Origin: Fimbriosthenelais zetlandica
Taxonomy: Eukaryota
DNA length: 64,000 bases
Reading direction: 5' to 3'
Assembly (NCBI GenBank): GCA_977030845.1
Contig: OZ365114.1
Coordinates: 10,912,001 to 10,976,000 of the forward strand
Shown: positions 58,436 to 64,000 of the stretch, piece after piece
How the letters are laid out: every line of letters begins with the position of its first letter
How positions within the stretch are numbered: the stretch's first letter is position 1
Program-made: the position numbers and the translations under genes
The notes under the pieces: generated by a model
What the model was told of the DNA's origin: nothing
What the model saw: only the letters and a program-made list of their open reading frames with translations
Database searches by the model: none

Positions 58436-61400
58436 GCCATTGTAGTAGTTAAAGTGATTTGGGATAGCTCGAGAGTGGGAGTGAGAGAGAGTGGGATAGG
58501 CCCTACGTATAGAGAAAGAGAGGGAGAGAGAGACCTGAACAGATACAGAATATGTTCTTTCCCATGTTATGACAGCTTCAGGAGATGCCCCATTATCCTC
58601 CTCACATCTGCTGCTCTTTTTCCATTGGTGAAACAACCATCTTACCTTTTCTATCTTAGTAAAACGAGCCTGCAGACCAGCCCCCGACCCCCCGCCCAAC
58701 CCCCCACCCTGCCAGCCCCGGGCCCCAATCCAATACACACTAAAACTCCAGCCCTGGGCCACAACCCAAAACATGAGGTTCCCATCAAAAACTCATACAG
58801 CACCAAAATAAAAACACAAAGAAAGAATTACCAAAAATACCCTTACAACCCAATAAAAAATCATATGATAATTTGTTACCGACGGTGAACAAAGGAGTTG
58901 GTTGAAAGCACAAGACCAATGAATGATTTTGTACATGGAAATACGATGGCAGTGAAACATAAATTGTTTGTTTTTTCTCATGGTTTCTGTGGGTCAGACA
59001 TGTGTTTTGGGGGTAGTGAGATGGAGGTGGGAGCCACGTGTGGTGGAAGACTGAGGTACTAAATGGTCACGTGGTTTGTTATGATTGTGACGTCATAATG
59101 ACTCAGGTAAGGGACCGGATGTGATCCAGACTCACTCCTTGAGTTGCTCTTCCCCAACTCACCAAGTCAGGAAAGGCGATTTGTCTCAATTAAAAACAGT
59201 AGTAGCTTTGGGGTAGGTTTAAGGTCAAGTCAGAAGTCTTATTAAAGTTTTAATCATAATTTTTGGGGTTATCTTGCGTGGGGCATCACAAAAATAGAAA
59301 GTCTGACTTAGAGGCCTACTTTACTACTACTGTAGCTATATTTGTCTTTGCATGGAGGCATCACACAATATAGTTCTACTCCCCGATAATCTGAATTTGT
59401 CCTTTACTTAAAAGGTAAAGGTTGATTTTCTCGTATTTTGTGTGGGAGAGGGCGGGGGTATCAGGAAAATAGTTAATGCTGCCATCTGAATTTCTCCTTT
59501 AAGCCCAGGGTAATTTTACCTTACATTTATCTGACTTTCCCCATCATGCCTAGATCTGTAAGGAATAAACCCACTTTCAAATACATGCAAACACATTTTT
59601 CATTACAATAATCCATAATCCATAATTTTTTCTACCAAAAGCAACATCTCTTGAGCAGCAGACATCTTATAGGTACTTTACTTTGAGATTTGACTTGCAC
59701 CATTTGGCCCTGATCTGTATACGAAATGGGAAATCATGTCTTAAAAAACTTTTTTTCTGCCGAGTCCTCTCAGACTTAGTCAGACTGGCCTGGGTGTGAG
59801 GAGGTAGGAGGCTGGCTAGTTTTCTGGGTCGTGGCACCTGGTCCTGGTTAGACCAGACCCAGGGGTCTCATGTCTAATACCAACTATAGATCTCCAGCAC
59901 AATGTGGGCACTGACATTTATAGATCCTCAGCCTGAAGTAATAGCATACTTTACAGGGCCGGATTCCAGGGCATCGGACAAAGCATTGATAGGCATCGGT
60001 CAAAAAATGGTAAAAAAAAAAAAATAATAATTTTTCATGAAGAGGTCTCTGCATTGCAAAGAGAGGGAACCTGCCGCATTTGCCGCAAAGTTGTGCCTCT
60101 CACTGGGAAATTTATCGCAAAGGGCTGGTCCTAAGACAAATTACAGTACTCATTTTTTGCTTAGATTTAAATCCTTAATTATTAGGTTCCGATACTGAAG
60201 CTATTCACTCCATATGGTGTAATCCCATATGGATGAAGACGACAGACGAGTTAGCATTTTTTGTAGCGACAAACGGATTGTTTGGATTGAAATCAATGTC
60301 AATATTCCATTTCATTATGACGACGCCCCGGGGCGGCCATTTGTGGAACTTTGAAGTGGGCAGACGCTGTTTGCATAATTAATGAGGGCCAGGTTGTGGG
60401 TCAGTGACGTCACACACCTGGTTCAACCTGGCGTCCCTATCCCAGGTCACAGACTGTTTTCTAGATTTCAATCTCTTTTTTGTTTAATGAAAAAATGCTT
60501 TACTTGTGCCAAATCGTTGATAAACAGCAATCATTGGACTTGTTTTTAGAGATCATCTTTAATTCATATCTCTTGTAGTAATTTTCAAAGAGAAGAATGA
60601 ATAATTTCAGAGAAGTGAATGATATAACTTATTTAGAAGGAACAGTTTCAAAAATCTCTGAACAAGGAAGGAAAGGTGGAAAAATGGGACCAATATAAAT
60701 ATTTTGTGAACAGTTTGTGGGAAATTCACTGAGAAAGGACGAAAAATATCCACAAAAGTAAGATGTAGAAAGAGACAAGGCACTGGAAACACCAAATATT
60801 TTACAATGATGACTTTATCAAAGAAAATTCCTGCGGACAAAACATAATCAGGAAATCAAATAAAACCCATTTCCTGACTACACTATACTTTAAACACTCC
60901 ACAAAGAAATACCTTCTTGCAAAATAAAGATAGCAAAAGGTCGATTTTAGATAAATGATCAAATTCACTGCTTGATAAACAGCAGGTAGATGACATGAAA
61001 GACTAGCTAGGTTTAACTATTGGAAGCACGTCTTCATACAAAGAGACTGTACCAGGAAAAATACACACCTATATCACTACAAGATCAAAGACTCTCCAGA
61101 TATGTTTACATAACTGGTTTTTTTACTTTTGTTTTTTATAGTGGTTAGAGACAGGTCCATATGTGATTCCACGAAGTATGATTGTGTTGGAGCAGCGCAC
61201 GTGGCCGAGGACCGAGACATTGTTTTCAGAGGGAGTGATCCCAGAGTGACGGTTGTTTGGGTGGGGTGGACGTCCGCGGTTGGGAAAAATATTAAGTAAA
61301 AAAGTTTTGCAAGGGATAAAAGTTTGGAGTGAATAAGTGGGACTTTTCAGCTATTTCAGGACGAGAAAGGAAAACGCTGTCGGCATATATTTTCCTGAGC

Positions 61401-61986
61401 TTTTTGAACGCTTCTTTTACATGTATATCGCCCTTAACATTATGATAGACAGTGGGGGACATGGTTGGTCTTTGATATCCCAGTTAGCAGCACTGGCTGG
61501 AGAAGGACAATGGCACATTTGGAGAATCATTTTGGTGAATTTCCGAATAGACAAGGAGAGGTCGGGAGTGGGGCTCGGATGAAATGGTTGGGGGGAGAGA
61601 AAGGCATGATGGAAAATCAGAGCTGGGAAGAAATACAGAGAAAAGTAGGAGTAACTTTGTACCTGGATACAATCCAAAATGTGAGCCAGACTAATGTAGG
61701 TTTATGAGGCACTCACCTCCATCCTCCTGAGTTTCACCCTTCACCCTTAACCTCACCATGATCCGTACAAACGAGTGTATTGACCTGATCCACCTCTATA
61801 CCCTATAGATACACCACCAGGTATGTACACCTATAATAATAGTACCCTGTCTCTCATCCCGCTCCAGGCTCCCAACTACTATACTGGAGGTGGTCCTATA
61901 GCAGCTCCCCACTCACCTGGGTGTCCATACAGTTAGACATCAGCCAGACCCTGGAGGAATTATAGGCAGTCAGTTAACTACAACTC

Positions 61987-62456
61987 CATGGCCCGTTTCA
62001 TAGGGCTTAATCATTGGGGTAGCTCCACTTGGGTTCTTTTGCCTTGCGATTGTTGCGATTTTGTTGCGGCTACCCATTTTTTAAGACTTCAACTAATGAA
62101 GACTTTCAAGACTTCTGCCATAGCAAGCCAAGATACAGCCCAATAGGGGCACCCCTCGCAAATAGGAAGCCCCTGCTAGTGCAGTTACATTTGTGACACC
62201 GACGGTGTAGTCTCTCTGCACCGACAGATGCGATGAAACGGCGGTTTCAGCTGCGGCCACCCATTTTTGCTGACTTTCTAGTGGCAGATATGGCAGATTC
62301 GCTCTCCTTGCACCACTTGAGATTTCTGCTTTCACTACAATCAAGTTTTTAAAATACAAGTAGAAAATCACAAAGGAAAATAGCAATATATCCCAGTGGA
62401 GTCGCCTAATAAATCAAGTGTATGAGCTGATGTAGCCTAAACTGAAACAGGCCCCG
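61987..62456 (-). mobile_element. Family B, possibly full-length copy with terminal inverted repeats
   Basis: Reverse-oriented family B core at 62010-62188, bounded by CATGGCCCGTTTCATA (61987) and ACTGAAACAGGCCCCG (62441-62456), which are imperfect inverted repeats. Confidence 0.6.
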
Positions 62457-63571
62457 GATGTTACAGACACACAGGTGGGCCACTTCAAACGGTGTGGATG
62501 TATACGATCAACATACCGCTTTATCTTTATACCTTACAGCTCCCCAACCCTCCTATACCCCTTCCCAAGCACCCCTCCCTCTTCCCTTCCCGCTCCCGTG
62601 GCTCTGTCAATCTAAATTTGTCTCTCCCATCTTCCCTTGTACTAAATCCATTATCCGTCTTCGTCTATTTTCTTCATCCCTTCTCCTATCCCTCCATACA
62701 GCCAACTTTGTACCTAATTGCAGCAGTCATTTGACCGATATCTCGTATTATTCCATTGCTTTCATCCATCATAATTTCCATAAACTTGATATTATTTATA
62801 GATGAGTAAAGTTAAAATATTCCAATTCCCAATCTTTGATCAATCTAGCAAAGGCTACGACTATATTTTTCCCAATCAAAATCTTTGTAGAACAAGTTTC
62901 TTTCATAATTTTTCAGTGAATTTTCAATGGATATTCACTGCACTAACTTTGTTACCTTTCAGGTGATTTTTTCTATGGTTTTTGTCTGGGTAAGGTGAAG
63001 CAGGTAAAGTGTTGGTTATGTTAAGGGATAGTTGCAGCTATGTATATGTAAACTAGAGAGTAACTAGCCTCCAGCGAGGATAAACTCTCACTCAAAACAA
63101 ACCTACAAACACACTCACTCACCTACAGAACTTCTACAAACACAAACTGACAGATAGTGTGTGGACAGAAATACTGAAAAAACGTCTACTTAAAAATGCT
63201 CTATTACTAGCCTTTATCCCAGGATGAGAAACAAAATGCCCCTTTTTCATGTAAGCTAATTCCACTCTGAATCTCTTAAAGAATCCATGGTAATAATTCA
63301 CCTTTTCAGCATCTATACATCAAATGTGGGTTTAGCACCACATGTGTTTTTCATGTATTTTGATAGGAGCCATGTTTAAGGGTTAAACAAGCATGCAGCC
63401 CATCATTAAGTGAGTCTGGTATAGGGTGTGGTGGTGGTGGAGTGTAGGGCTGGAGGGTGTACTTGTTACACGGGTGGAGGGCTGGGCAAATGAGGCGAGG
63501 ATGTACCTCATGTTTGTGGCATTTTATTTGTGTCTTATTCTATAATTTTACATGTTTTATAATTTACTCTA

Positions 63572-63646
63572 TGTAAAGCGCCTTTGAGCATGTTTTATAC
63601 ATGAAAAGGGCGCTATAAAAATCCGGTATTATTATTATTATTATTA
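63572..63646 (+). mobile_element. L2/CR1-clade LINE or SINE 3' tail with (TAT)n end
   Basis: TGTAAAGCGCCTTTGAG...AAAGGGCGCTATAAAAAT followed by (TAT)n: the AGCGCC/GGCGCT stem-loop and short-repeat tail typical of L2-family 3' ends. Confidence 0.7.
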
Positions 63647-63835
63647 CCTCAGACGGTCGACTACATCTGACCAGTCAAAACCTGTAGAAAACTCACACGT
63701 CAACTAAAGGTAGGTCTGCCAAAATGCAGCTGCACCCCGAAAAAAGTCTCCAGCACTGCAGACGTGCCCACAATCTGCCTGAATGGACTATTTGGTACTC
63801 TGCAGTCACACTGCAGCACTTCAGTCGTAGGCCTA

Positions 63836-64000
63836 GCCACAATCTGCCTGTATTAACCGAATGGCAACACTTCAATAGTGGCCACAATCTCCCTGTATTC
63901 ACCGATTGGCAACACTTCAATAGTGGCCTCAATCTGCCTGTATTCACCGATTGGCAACACTTCAATAGTGGCCTCAATCTGCCTGTATTAACCGAATGGC
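63836..64000. repeat. 45-bp minisatellite running off the window end
   Basis: GCC(A/T)CAATCTGCCTGTATT(A/C)ACCGA(A/T)TGGCAACACTTCAATAGTG; units start at 63836, 63881, 63926 and 63971. Confidence 0.92.

Noticed and set aside
57983-58774. 263-aa minus-strand ORF
   Set aside because: Runs through G-rich tracts, (CT)n and (ATTC)n microsatellites; not protein-like. The same applies to 45467..45924, 50521..50988 and 26239..26741.

Overview
Eukaryotic, AT-rich, repeat-dense and gene-poor window. The repeat types and the TAGGCCTA/TACATGTA bias suggest a marine invertebrate, probably an echinoderm (inference). Only two protein-coding regions are supportable. Both appear to be single-exon CDSs preceded by a splice acceptor, and they face each other tail-to-tail about 5 kb apart. 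(1) 15352..16200 (+), 282 aa: an unrecognised single-pass membrane protein with an N-terminal signal-anchor and juxtamembrane cysteines. Its cytosolic tail carries 20 R-[RK]-x-S (PKA-type) motifs, 15 of them in strict 7-aa repeats whose codons have diverged synonymously. This is the top candidate for something new. (2) 21228..23483 (-), 751 aa: a long disordered protein ending in a WH1/EVH1-basic-CRIB cassette (MESR3-like, a WASP-like input module without VCA), with a C-terminal RVxF motif and two AUG-stop elements in its putative leader. The rest consists of non-autonomous DNA transposons/MITEs (at least three dispersed families), tRNA-derived SINE pieces, an L2-type 3' tail, mini- and microsatellites, an unusual hairpin array, and motif-rich putative regulatory islands (CRE, RFX X-box, nuclear-receptor repeats, CTCF). 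No rRNA, intact tRNA, CRISPR array or intact transposase/RT ORF was found. All counts were made by eye; expected values are rough estimates assuming about 37% GC.
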